A stretch of DNA of 64,000 bases, from NCBI GenBank assembly GCA_003247575.1, contig QJZC01000045.1, positions 8,297 through 72,296 on the forward strand, written 5' to 3'. Position numbers and translations under genes: made by a program. Shown here one piece after another: positions 9,131-18,281 of the stretch. Source of the DNA: Pseudomonadota bacterium. Its GTDB lineage: Bacteria; Myxococcota_A; UBA9160; SZUA-336. The first letter of the stretch is position 1; every line of letters begins with the position of its first letter. The notes beneath the pieces were generated by a model. It was not told the origin of the DNA. It saw nothing but the letters and a program-made list of their open reading frames with translations, and did not search any database.

Positions 9131-10680
9131 GGGGTCCCGTTGTACTCGTTATCCTCGATGGCTTCGGCATAGGAGATGGATCGCCCGGCGATGCGATCGC
9201 GGCTGCGGAGACTCCGTTCTTCGATTCCCTGAATCGCGAGTATCCGCGCGCAGCCCTCGCCACCTCTGGAGCGGCGGTCGGCTTGCCCGACGGGCAGATG
9301 GGCAACTCCGAGGTCGGACACATGACCTTGGGGGCTGGACGCATCTTCTTCCACGATTTGGTGCGCGTACAGCGCGCTCTCGATCAGGGGGAGTTCGAGC
9401 AGCTTCCTGCATTCAGACAGCTCGTTGCTACTGCGGAGCGCGCTGACGGGCAGCTGCACCTGCTCGGCCTGGTTTCCGACGGCGGCGTACACAGTTCGCT
9501 GACGCATCTCGAGGGAGTGATCGACCTGCTCGCGCGCGTCGGGATCCGTCCGATCCTGCACGCATTCACCGATGGGCGCGACACACCTCCGCGCAGCGCG
9601 CTCGATTGGTTTCCTGCACTGGAGGCTCGGCTGGCAGCCTGCGGGGGTCGCATTGCCTCGCTCTCGGGCCGCTACTATGCGATGGATCGCGACCGCCGCT
9701 GGGAGCGCGTCGCCGAGGCCTACAAGGCAATCGTGGATGCAGAAGGACTCCAGGCGAGGAATGCGATCGAAGCGATAGAGAAGGCCTACGCTCGCGGTGA
9801 GAGCGACGAGTTCATCCGCCCCACCGTGATCGGCGAGGCCGCCCGCATCGAAGACGGAAGCGCAGCGCTGTTCCTGAATTTTCGCGCCGACCGAGCGCGC
9901 GAGCTGACCAACGCCCTGACTCGGGTGTTGCCGGATCAGCTCGGTCCCGAGATTACGCCGCTGCGACGCGTGCAGCTCGAACGCTTCGTCACCCTGACGG
10001 AGTATGATCGCAACTTCGGGCTGCCGAGCCTGTTCCCACCGATCGATGTCCGCGAGAGCCTCGGCGAGCTCGTGAGCCGCGCGCACATGCGCCAGCTTCG
10101 CATCGCCGAAACCGAGAAGTACGCGCACGTGACCTATTTCTTCAATGGCGGCGTCGAGGCGCAGTTCGAAGGCGAGGACCGCATCCTGATCCCCTCGCCG
10201 CGTGACGTCGAGACCTACGACCAGAAGCCCGAAATGAGCGCCGAGCAAGTCACTCAGAAGCTCCTGGAGGCGCTCCGAGCAGATATCTACCAGTTCGTTC
10301 TCGTGAACTACGCCAACCCAGACATGGTGGGACACACAGGCGTGCTCCCCGCCAGCATCGAGGCGGTTCGAACCGTCGACGACTGCCTCCGCAGAGTCAG
10401 CCAGGTCGTACTCGAGCGCGGTGGAGAGCTGCTCATCACAGCAGATCACGGCAACATCGAGCGCATGATCGATCCGGCTACGGGTGGACCCCATACAGCA
10501 CACACGACGGGGCCGGTCCCGATCTGGTGGGTGAGGTCGAACGACTCGGCTGCGACGCTCCGGGACGGCGGCCTCGCGGACGTGGCACCGACTCTTTGTG
10601 AGCGGCTCGGTCTCGAGGTCTCTAGCGAAATGAGCGGCCGCAGCCTGATCGCATGTGGCAACACCTCCTCGATCTGCTGA
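9127..10680 (+). CDS. gpmI: 2,3-bisphosphoglycerate-independent phosphoglycerate mutase
   Basis: VVLVILDGFGIG, MGNSEVGHMTLGAGR and ITADHGN are present. Its GTG start overlaps the rsfS stop as GTGA. Confidence 0.95.
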   Translation: MRGPVVLVILDGFGIGDGSPGDAIAAAETPFFDSLNREYPRAALATSGAAVGLPDGQMGNSEVGHMTLGAGRIFFHDLVRVQRALDQGEFEQLPAFRQLVATAERADGQLHLLGLVSDGGVHSSLTHLEGVIDLLARVGIRPILHAFTDGRDTPPRSALDWFPALEARLAACGGRIASLSGRYYAMDRDRRWERVAEAYKAIVDAEGLQARNAIEAIEKAYARGESDEFIRPTVIGEAARIEDGSAALFLNFRADRARELTNALTRVLPDQLGPEITPLRRVQLERFVTLTEYDRNFGLPSLFPPIDVRESLGELVSRAHMRQLRIAETEKYAHVTYFFNGGVEAQFEGEDRILIPSPRDVETYDQKPEMSAEQVTQKLLEALRADIYQFVLVNYANPDMVGHTGVLPASIEAVRTVDDCLRRVSQVVLERGGELLITADHGNIERMIDPATGGPHTAHTTGPVPIWWVRSNDSAATLRDGGLADVAPTLCERLGLEVSSEMSGRSLIACGNTSSIC

Positions 10681-11363
10681 GCCCCAGCGTCTGCCCCGGC
10701 TGCGAGGCCCGACGTGAAGCCGGACAGGCGCTATTGTGCTCCCGCTGCCGCGACGGTATCCGTCCCTGTTGGGAGCAGGCCGGAGTGCTGACGGCCGTCG
10801 CCTATGAGGCGACGGGGGCGCGGCTCATACGCCGCTTCAAGTTCGATGCGCGCGGTGACGCACTCTCGGTGCTGGTCGAAGCGCTGGCACAGCGACTCGA
10901 GCAGCTCGAGTTCGATGCCGTCGTCCCGATCCCACGACACCCGGATCGAATCCGGAGCCACGGGAGTGATCCGGCCTTCCAGCTAGCTCGAAGGCTTTCG
11001 CGTCGTATCGGGCGGCCCATCTGGGAGCCCCTTTGCCGGATCGGTCCCGGCCGACCGCAGACCGGGCTCTCGCAGCCTGAGCGCCGCAAGAACGTCGATC
11101 TGGGCTTCCAGCTATCCACTTCTGAGAGCCTCCGAGCGCCAGGCGACCTCCTGCTGGTAGACGACGTGACGACCACCGGAGCAACCTTGGCCAGCGCAAA
11201 GCAGCTTCTGCTCGACTTCACCGGAGCAAGATCGGTCGTATGCGCAGCGCTTGCGGCAACGCCCGGCGGCCGTACGGCTGTCGCCGCGCCGCTGGCGGCA
11301 GCAGCAGAGCGATCCTCCGAAGGGCGACTGCCCCTACCCAGCCGCCCTATCGCTGCGCTATAA
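10653..11363 (+). CDS. comF: ComF family phosphoribosyltransferase-domain protein
   Basis: It has an N-terminal Cys cluster (CPGCEAR...CSRCR) and the PRTase motif LLLVDDVTTTGATL. Confidence 0.8.
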   Translation: MWQHLLDLLSPSVCPGCEARREAGQALLCSRCRDGIRPCWEQAGVLTAVAYEATGARLIRRFKFDARGDALSVLVEALAQRLEQLEFDAVVPIPRHPDRIRSHGSDPAFQLARRLSRRIGRPIWEPLCRIGPGRPQTGLSQPERRKNVDLGFQLSTSESLRAPGDLLLVDDVTTTGATLASAKQLLLDFTGARSVVCAALAATPGGRTAVAAPLAAAAERSSEGRLPLPSRPIAAL

Positions 11364-11402
11364 AGCCGCTGGGAGTTCGACAGGCAAGAAAGGAGGCCCC
11401 CA

Positions 11403-11597
11403 ATGGCCGATACGATTCGCATCAAGAACGCCGTCACCCTCAAGCATCAGGCCAACCTCGGTGAGGATGTCGCGGACGTCGAGTTCGATGCTGGAGCAGA
11501 GCTCCAAGTGCTCCAGACGTTCGAGACCGCATGGTTGGTCAAGGACGACGAGAGCCGCCTGTTCAACGTCAAGAAGGAACAGGCCGAGGAGGCTTGA
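11403..11597 (+). CDS. Hypothetical 64-aa protein
   Basis: The ATG is preceded by a strong SD (GAAAGGAGGCCCCCA-ATG). The composition is protein-like, but I recognise no family. The last 29 nt overlap the convergent 11569-12642 gene. Confidence 0.5.
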   Translation: MADTIRIKNAVTLKHQANLGEDVADVEFDAGAELQVLQTFETAWLVKDDESRLFNVKKEQAEEA

Positions 11598-12642
11598 GCA
11601 GGCCGACGAGCGTCTCCCGCAGCTGGTCGGGCCGGACGGGCTTCTTGAAGAGCACTCCCTGTAGGCCCGCAATTCGGCTTCGCTTGAGCACGTGGTCGCG
11701 GTCGTAATAGAAAGCGGTCATCAGCACCACCGCCGTCTCGGGCCAACGCCGCTTGGTGGCCTGATAGAGCTCGTAGCCGTCCATTCCGGGCATGACGACG
11801 TCGGAGAGAACACAGTCGAAGGGCTGCCGCTCGAGCTCCGATATCGCGCTGTGACCGTCGCCGACGGAAACGACCCGACACGATTCCGCTCGCAGGATGT
11901 CGGCCACAGATTCGCGCACGCCCGGATCGTCATCGACCACGAGCACGGAGCGGCCCGCGAGTGGTCGCTCCGGGTCGAAGCGGCACACACCGAGATCGAT
12001 CATGCGAGCAGTCCCGAGGTAGGTGGTGCTCAGGTACTCCTCGTGCTCGGACATCTCGCGCAGCCGCTCGAGCTGCAGCTGGATCCGATCGATCTCGCGA
12101 TGCACTGAATCCAGTCGCGCAGACATGATCTCGAGATCGCAGGGCGCAGCTTGGGCTCGCAGGTACTGCTCGACCAGCTCGAGCTGATTCACGATCACGG
12201 CCAATGGGTTGTTGATCTCATGAGATAGCCCGACCGCGATCTCGCCCAAGGTCGCCAGCTGATCCTTGCGCAGGATTTCCGATATGTCCTTTGCGAAGCC
12301 GATCGTTCCATCTTCGCGACCGTCGTCCGCGTAGACGATGACACCGGAGATGGCGACGGCGATCTCCCGATTGTCCTTCGAGATGAACCGGGTCGGGAAG
12401 TTGACCACGCGCCCGCGAACTCCGTGCGTCGGATCGCGCATCGCGGCCATGACACGGCGCGCCTCGTCGAGCGACGGATATAGATTGCTCACGTCGCGCC
12501 CAATGATCTCTTCGCGCAGAAAACCGAGATTCTGGCGAGCACCGTCGTTGTAGTAACAGACCGTGCCATGACGGTCGGTCGCGATCACGATGTCAGGGGA
12601 CGCCTCGACCAACCGCTCTAGAAGCTCCAACGAGAGAGGCAT
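11569..12642 (-). CDS. PAS - HisKA (DHp) - receiver protein lacking a HATPase_c catalytic domain
   Basis: I chose the internal ATG at 12642 (MPLSLELLERLVEASPDIVIATDRHGTVCYYN), which lies 41 nt after the upstream gene's stop. The H-box is LSHEINNPLAVI. About 90 aa later the receiver begins (SVLVVDDDPG...VLSDVVMPGMDG...LFKKPV). No N, G1, F or G2 boxes are visible. Confidence 0.75.
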   Translation of the reverse strand: MPLSLELLERLVEASPDIVIATDRHGTVCYYNDGARQNLGFLREEIIGRDVSNLYPSLDEARRVMAAMRDPTHGVRGRVVNFPTRFISKDNREIAVAISGVIVYADDGREDGTIGFAKDISEILRKDQLATLGEIAVGLSHEINNPLAVIVNQLELVEQYLRAQAAPCDLEIMSARLDSVHREIDRIQLQLERLREMSEHEEYLSTTYLGTARMIDLGVCRFDPERPLAGRSVLVVDDDPGVRESVADILRAESCRVVSVGDGHSAISELERQPFDCVLSDVVMPGMDGYELYQATKRRWPETAVVLMTAFYYDRDHVLKRSRIAGLQGVLFKKPVRPDQLRETLVGLLKPPRPVPS

Positions 12643-12683
12643 CGCAGCCGATTCTACCACGGCATCCGAACTCCGCGACTCCG

Positions 12684-14990
12684 CTACGTCCCCACGGGGA
12701 CGAACCGCACGTTCCCGAGAGCCGCACCCGGCCACCGCTTCCAGACGGCGATCCCAATGTGGTTCTCCTGCGGAGCCTCCCGCAGCACGCCGCGCGGCAG
12801 GAAGAATTCACGCTGTGGGCCCCGCTCCGGCCAGTAGCGGCCGATCAGAATACCATTCAGGTACAGGTTCGCGCGCCCGCAGGACGGATCGAGCCGCAGG
12901 GCCAGCGGACACTTCTCCAGATCGATCCCCTCCAGTCGGAAGCTGGCCTCGTATAGCCCGACACCCACGCCAGCATCCTCCCAGGCGTGCGGCAGCGAGA
13001 CTTCTCGAGAGGATGCCCGGTCGACCGCTTCGAAGGCAACCACCGGCGCCAAGCCCCCCTCTCCGCGGACGAGGCCCCCGCGATAGCGCCAACGAAGCCG
13101 TGTAGAACCGGTGTCGAGATGAATCAGCCCACTCCGCTGGCGGCTGCCACCCGCGAGGTCGTCGGGATGCCCGAGGCTCTCGACCAGAATCACGAGCGCG
13201 TTGCGCCCGTCGCTACACGACCCCGCGGGAATCTGGATCTGTGCTCGCTCGGGTGGCTCGAAGCCGAGGCTGTGGAGCCCGCTATGCGGCTCCCCCTGCG
13301 CGATCAGCCGGCCATTCAACCAGATAGCGTAGCTGTGACGCAACTCGATGATCAGCCGATCCAGCGCACCCAAAAAAGTACCTCGATACCAAATGAACCC
13401 ATGGTGCACACCTAGAGAATCGAGATCGATCCGATCTCGACTCACGCGCTCTTGCGCAATCTCCTCCCAGTCATCGTCGTCGTAGGTCGCATCGGTCTGT
13501 CCGCTGCATACGGAGAACTTCCAAACGTTGAGTTCCGGCAGCTCGACATCCAGCTCGCCCGACTCCCTCTCGGAGTACTGCACCCCTCGGAGTGGATCGT
13601 GCATCGCCTCGAACCGGCCCCCGGCTGCATACACACGCAGCTGTGTCTCGAAGGACGTGAGACGCGTGCAAGGCTCAGCGGAATAGGCCAAGCTCTCGCT
13701 GCCCGGCGATGCGCTCTGCACGAAACGGAAGAGGTGGTCGCGCGAGCGTCTACTCCACATGAACACCTGACCTTCTCTACGCGTCTCGACGAGCTCCGCT
13801 GCACACAGATCCGGCTCGAAGCACGCGATCCAGGCATTCAGACGTGAGAGCGCCCAGTAGGCCGGCGTGCGACTGCCGTCCTCTGCAATTGGGGCGCCCG
13901 AGTCATAGGAGCTGTACACCGCGGGAGTCCCGAGGTAGCCCCAGTTCGTCCCGCCACAGAACCGAGCCACATTGAAGACTCGCGCTCCCGCCCCGAGCGC
14001 GGCCAGCACGATCCCCTCTATCGGACAGCGCTCGGGGGCGAGTGCCGCATACCCCGGACCGCCCCATCCGTCGTTCACACCCGCGTCCAGGTCGAGATAG
14101 ATTCGCGTCTCCTCCTGGTGGGCATCGGCGCGGAAGCCACTGAGCTCCGACTCGAAAGCCACACGCTCGGTGGCAGCCCCAAACAATCGCCGCCGCGCCA
14201 CCGCAGGCAGATCGACATCCCCACGAGGCATCCCCGGAGCCAGATAGGAGTGTGTGGTCGGCACGCTCAGACCCCGCTCCCGCAACAATCGAACCAACTC
14301 GTACAGGTATCGATTGCGCAGCGCTGGACCCCGCGTGCGATGCAGCATCGGCGGCGATCCGATCTCGTCCGGAGAGCGAGGCGGCTGCACGAAAACATGA
14401 CCCGCGAGTCTTGCCCCAAGGCGCAGTGCGCGCGGAACGCCGATCCAGCGTCCGATCAACGAGCCGAGGTCCGAACGCAGCCAGGCGAGTGGCGTGGGCG
14501 CCGCGTATTGGTGCTCGACCTCGATCAGAATCAGATTGCTGCACTCCAAGAGCCGCGGCGCAAGCTGATCGAACCAGCGCTCGACGTGGAGCATGAATTC
14601 TGGCGAAAAGCAGAAGAGCCCATTGCTGGCGCGACAACGGACCAGAACCTTGGGGTCCGCGAGCAGCCAGGCCGGGATCCCACCTGCATCGAGGTCGCCG
14701 CCAACGTACGGCCCCGTCCTCGCGATCAGGTAGAGCCCAAGGTCCTCGACCATGCGCTGCAGCACGGATACGTCGCGAATCCCGTCGAAGTCGAAGCTCC
14801 CCGGCTCATCGGCATGAAAATTCCAGGGGTAGGAGATGGCGACGCAATTGAAGCCCGCAGCCGCGATCTTCTCGATCCGGTCGCGCCATTCGGACTGGGA
14901 GGGAAGCCGGAAATAGTCAAAGGAAGCAGATCGAATCAGCTTCCGCTTTCCGTCGATCGAGAGGCCATCGCGGTCGTACTCGACGCGCAT
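12684..14990 (-). CDS. Glycoside hydrolase family 35 beta-galactosidase
   Basis: The N-terminus (LSIDGKRKLIRSASFDYFRLPSQSEWRDRIEKIAAAGFNCVAISYPWNFHADEPGSFDFDG...LYLIARTGPYVGGDLDAGGIPAWL) matches the GH35 catalytic TIM-barrel pattern. At 768 aa it has C-terminal beta-sandwich-sized extensions. Confidence 0.8.
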   Translation of the reverse strand: MRVEYDRDGLSIDGKRKLIRSASFDYFRLPSQSEWRDRIEKIAAAGFNCVAISYPWNFHADEPGSFDFDGIRDVSVLQRMVEDLGLYLIARTGPYVGGDLDAGGIPAWLLADPKVLVRCRASNGLFCFSPEFMLHVERWFDQLAPRLLECSNLILIEVEHQYAAPTPLAWLRSDLGSLIGRWIGVPRALRLGARLAGHVFVQPPRSPDEIGSPPMLHRTRGPALRNRYLYELVRLLRERGLSVPTTHSYLAPGMPRGDVDLPAVARRRLFGAATERVAFESELSGFRADAHQEETRIYLDLDAGVNDGWGGPGYAALAPERCPIEGIVLAALGAGARVFNVARFCGGTNWGYLGTPAVYSSYDSGAPIAEDGSRTPAYWALSRLNAWIACFEPDLCAAELVETRREGQVFMWSRRSRDHLFRFVQSASPGSESLAYSAEPCTRLTSFETQLRVYAAGGRFEAMHDPLRGVQYSERESGELDVELPELNVWKFSVCSGQTDATYDDDDWEEIAQERVSRDRIDLDSLGVHHGFIWYRGTFLGALDRLIIELRHSYAIWLNGRLIAQGEPHSGLHSLGFEPPERAQIQIPAGSCSDGRNALVILVESLGHPDDLAGGSRQRSGLIHLDTGSTRLRWRYRGGLVRGEGGLAPVVAFEAVDRASSREVSLPHAWEDAGVGVGLYEASFRLEGIDLEKCPLALRLDPSCGRANLYLNGILIGRYWPERGPQREFFLPRGVLREAPQENHIGIAVWKRWPGAALGNVRFVPVGT

Positions 14991-15005
14991 CCCGGCTCCT
15001 GATCC

Positions 15006-15938
15006 CTACTCGCGCGCGGCCAACCAGCGCTCGGCATCCAGCGCTGCCATGCAACCACTGCCAGCTGCGGTGATCGCCTGGCGGTAGTGCGGATCCGTGA
15101 TGTCCCCGCAGGCGAATACGCCTTCGACGTTGGTGCGAGTAGAACCCGCTGCGACGCGGATATAGCCAGCGGAATCCATCTCGATCACACCCTGTACGAG
15201 CTCGCTGTTGGGTCTATGCCCGATCGCCACGAACATCGCCTCCACTTCCAAGGTGGACCGTGCGTCGTTCTGGAGGTTGCGAATGCGCACACCGGTCACC
15301 GCGTCCTCACCCAAGACCTCTTCTACGACGCTATTCCAGACGAACTTGATCTTTGGATTCGCCTTCGCGCGATCCTGCATGATTCGGCTGGCGCGCAGCT
15401 CGTCCCTCCGATGCACGACATGGACTTCGGTGGCGAAGCGCGTCAGGAACAGCGCTTCCTCCATCGCGGTATCTCCGCCACCGATCACCGCCATCGACTT
15501 GCCTCGATACAGGGCCCCATCACACGTGGCGCAGGCGGAGACCCCCCGGTTCTGCAGGCGTTTCTCCGAATCGAGACCCAGCCACCGAGCGGATGCGCCG
15601 CCAGCCAGGACCAGCGCATCCGCGGTATAGGTCTCCTGATCCGTCGTGATGCAGAAGGGATGCCGATCCAACTCGATCGCGGTCGCATCCTCGCACAGAA
15701 TGGTCGCGCCGAAACGCTCCGCCTGCTTCTGGAGTCGCTCCATGAGCTCGGGGCCGGAGACTCCCTCGGGAAACCCTGGATAGTTCTCCACATCGGTCGT
15801 CAACATCAGCTGGCCACCGAACTCCATCCCGGCAACCACGAGCGGCGAAAGCTCAGCGCGGGCGGCGTAGATCGCAGCGGTATAGCCAGCAGGCCCGCTG
15901 CCGATGATGATCACGGACCGATGCTTCTCGCTCCTCAC
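15006..15938 (-). CDS. trxB: Thioredoxin-disulfide reductase
   Basis: VIIIGSGPAGYTAAIYAARA, the redox-active CATCDG and GGGDTAMEEA are all present. Confidence 0.95.
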   Translation of the reverse strand: MRSEKHRSVIIIGSGPAGYTAAIYAARAELSPLVVAGMEFGGQLMLTTDVENYPGFPEGVSGPELMERLQKQAERFGATILCEDATAIELDRHPFCITTDQETYTADALVLAGGASARWLGLDSEKRLQNRGVSACATCDGALYRGKSMAVIGGGDTAMEEALFLTRFATEVHVVHRRDELRASRIMQDRAKANPKIKFVWNSVVEEVLGEDAVTGVRIRNLQNDARSTLEVEAMFVAIGHRPNSELVQGVIEMDSAGYIRVAAGSTRTNVEGVFACGDITDPHYRQAITAAGSGCMAALDAERWLAARE

Positions 15939-15955
15939 TTTAGCCTCCGCCGCCG

Positions 15956-16444
15956 CTAGTCCATGCGGCGAATCTCGCGCACTTCGAACATGCGCGTACC
16001 CGATGGAACACGGATCTGGACTTCGTCATCGACAGCCTTGCCGATGAGGGCACGCCCGATCGGGCTCGTGATCGAGAGCAGACCCTGCGAGATGTCGGCC
16101 TCCTCTTCCCCGGTGAGGGTATAGGTGACTTCCTCGCCGGAGTCGAGATTCTCGAGCACTACGGTCAGACCGAAGCGCACGCGATCGATGGGAACGTTCG
16201 AGGGGTCGACCACTTCGGCGCGAGCGAGCCGGTCCTCGACAAAGCGAATGCGCCCCTCGAGCTGAGCTTGCCGCTCCTTTGCCGCATGGTACTCCGCATT
16301 CTCGGAGAGGTCCCCGTGTGCGCGAGCCACACGAATCTCGTCGACTACCTTGGGGCGATCCTGCGTCTTGAGCTTCTTGAGCTCGGATTGGAGGTTCTCG
16401 TACCCCCGCCGTGTCATGTGCACTCTACCCATGTGCTCCGCCAC
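15956..16444 (-). CDS. greA: Transcription elongation factor GreA
   Basis: MTRRGYENLQSELKKLK...RVARAHGDLSENAEYHAAKERQ is the GreA coiled-coil signature. The GTG start has GAGGAGG 10 nt upstream; an internal ATG start is also possible. Confidence 0.93.
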   Translation of the reverse strand: MAEHMGRVHMTRRGYENLQSELKKLKTQDRPKVVDEIRVARAHGDLSENAEYHAAKERQAQLEGRIRFVEDRLARAEVVDPSNVPIDRVRFGLTVVLENLDSGEEVTYTLTGEEEADISQGLLSITSPIGRALIGKAVDDEVQIRVPSGTRMFEVREIRRMD

Positions 16445-16557
16445 GAACGGTCGTCCTCCTCAAGCTGACTCCGGTCGATCGTCCTTTCGCGTGTGGGTCA
16501 CCGGGAGCCTCCCACCCGCAAGCCGACTTTGAAAGGTACGAGGGGGGTCCGGGAGTG

Positions 16558-16941
16558 TCAATCTGATGAAACCGCCGCAATTGCGTCGATCTCGACCCTC
16601 GCGCCGAGCGGCAGAGCGCCCACCTGGACCGTCGAGCGGGCGGGCCGAGCTCCCCCGAGAACCCGCTCATAGACCGCATTGAAGCGAGGGAACTCGGAGA
16701 TATCCGTCAGGTAGACCCCTACGCGCAGCAGCCCATCGAAGTCGCTGCCGGCGGCGAGCAGCACGGCGCGCAAGTTTTCGAGCACGCGCTCGGTCTGCTC
16801 TTCGATCCCGTCACCGACGATCCCCTTCCCCCCAGGATCGAGCGGGATCTGGCCCGAAAGGTAGACGACCCCTTGGTGCTCGATCGCTTGAGAGTATGGG
16901 CCCACCGGCTCGGGAGCCCCTCTGGAGAACACTGCCTGCAT
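16558..16941 (-). CDS. ridA: RidA/YjgF family reactive-intermediate deaminase
   Basis: APEPVGPYSQAIEHQGVVYLSGQIPLDP and ARVEIDAIA are canonical YjgF motifs. Confidence 0.9.
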   Translation of the reverse strand: MQAVFSRGAPEPVGPYSQAIEHQGVVYLSGQIPLDPGGKGIVGDGIEEQTERVLENLRAVLLAAGSDFDGLLRVGVYLTDISEFPRFNAVYERVLGGARPARSTVQVGALPLGARVEIDAIAAVSSD

Positions 16942-16963
16942 ACACCCCCCTCAGGTGAGGAGC

Positions 16964-17209
16964 TCAGCGGACGCGCTCCTCTAGAATTCGGATGATGTAG
17001 CCAATTATGAGCAGATTAGGCAGTCGGCTGCGCAACTCGTCGGTCAGCGCCTCTGGGCCGAGAGACTCCTCCGCGAACTCCTCGGCATAGCTGGCGAAGA
17101 ACTCCAAGAGCTCATAACTCACATTCTTCGCCAACATCCGATTGATGTCACTGGCCTCCAGCTCTTTCCAGAGGTCAGTGAACTCCAACGCGAGTTCGCG
17201 ACCGGTCAT
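16964..17209 (-). CDS. Hypothetical acidic 81-aa protein
   Basis: The ORF is clean with helical, acidic, protein-like composition (EFTDLWKELEASDINRMLAKNVSYELLEFFASYAEEFAEE). I recognise no family. Confidence 0.45.
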   Translation of the reverse strand: MTGRELALEFTDLWKELEASDINRMLAKNVSYELLEFFASYAEEFAEESLGPEALTDELRSRLPNLLIIGYIIRILEERVR

Positions 17210-17770
17210 AGTGGTTCCCCTAAGCGATATCGTGTCGGATGATGACAGCGTGCGATCATCGCCGTCAACGCGAATTCCTCTTTAGTTGTAGTGGTTTTCG
17301 CGTGTCCGACAAGTTGCGTCACTGCACCGCACAGCCCCATCACGCGCAACCGGAACGCGCATATGCCACTCAACTCTCGGCTCTCATTGTCGATCTCGAT
17401 GAGTCACAGCATGTGCATGATCGATCGCAGGCATTTGCGAAACTCGGCGCCGCGCGTGCAGATTCGGGCGGCGCCAGAGCGAGTCGACGTCGCTTCGCGA
17501 CAACCACTCCACATCCGATGCTGTGGACAATTGCGAAAGACCTGCCGGTTTCTGGCATGCTACGCAGGAGCGGGCCATGGAGAGTCTCCCTGACGACCGA
17601 GCGCTCGGGTCGGCAATCGCCCGAGCGGGGATGTGCACCTGCGAGATTCCGTTGGTTGTAGGTAGGCGCTCCCACGCGTCCCGCGACGCACTCCGGGAGA
17701 GAGGCGAGGGACCGCGCAGTCGTAGGCACTTCACCTCGCTAAAAAATAACTGGCTCAGGAGAATCGTGAC

Positions 17771-18247
17771 GTGAACCGGCGTTGGAAGGGAATCGTTCTG
17801 CTGTCATCGGGTCTGCTCCTGGCCGCCTGTGTGCAGGTCGTCCAGCAGCAGGCGCCCCCGGAGATCAAGGTCAAGACCCCGGACCCGTTCTTCGCTGCAG
17901 AAGATCCGGCGCTCGAGCCCACCGATCAGCCCGACTGGCTCGCCGCACCCAGCCTCGACGTCAGCTGTTACTTCTACAAGCAAGACAAGACCTGGTATCG
18001 CTTCTACCGCAACCGCTGGTTCCAAGCCTTTCGTTGGGATGGCGCCTGGTTCGAGCTTCCGGAGAGCGAGGTTCCCGCCTTCCTGCAAGCCCAGGCGGAA
18101 CAGAAGCCCATCGTGCAGAAGTCGAAGTCGAAGATGGAGCGCCTGAAGGAACTCGAACGTCGCTACGAAGAGCTCGAACAACAGGAGGCAGAGCGGGAGG
18201 AAGGGGCGACTCCCTCGGATGAGGCAGACGCCCCGATGCCCAAGTGA
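17771..18247 (+). CDS. Hypothetical lipoprotein with a Trp/Tyr-rich core and a charged coiled-coil tail
   Basis: The GTG start is preceded by AGGAG with a 9-nt spacer. The signal and lipobox are LLSSGLLLAAC. It also carries the YFYKQDKTWYRFYRNRWFQAFRWDGAWFELP motif and a Lys/Glu-rich C-terminus. Confidence 0.6.
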   Translation: MNRRWKGIVLLSSGLLLAACVQVVQQQAPPEIKVKTPDPFFAAEDPALEPTDQPDWLAAPSLDVSCYFYKQDKTWYRFYRNRWFQAFRWDGAWFELPESEVPAFLQAQAEQKPIVQKSKSKMERLKELERRYEELEQQEAEREEGATPSDEADAPMPK

Positions 18248-18281
18248 ACTCGCGAGGGCGCCGAGCGGCGCTCACTGCAGA

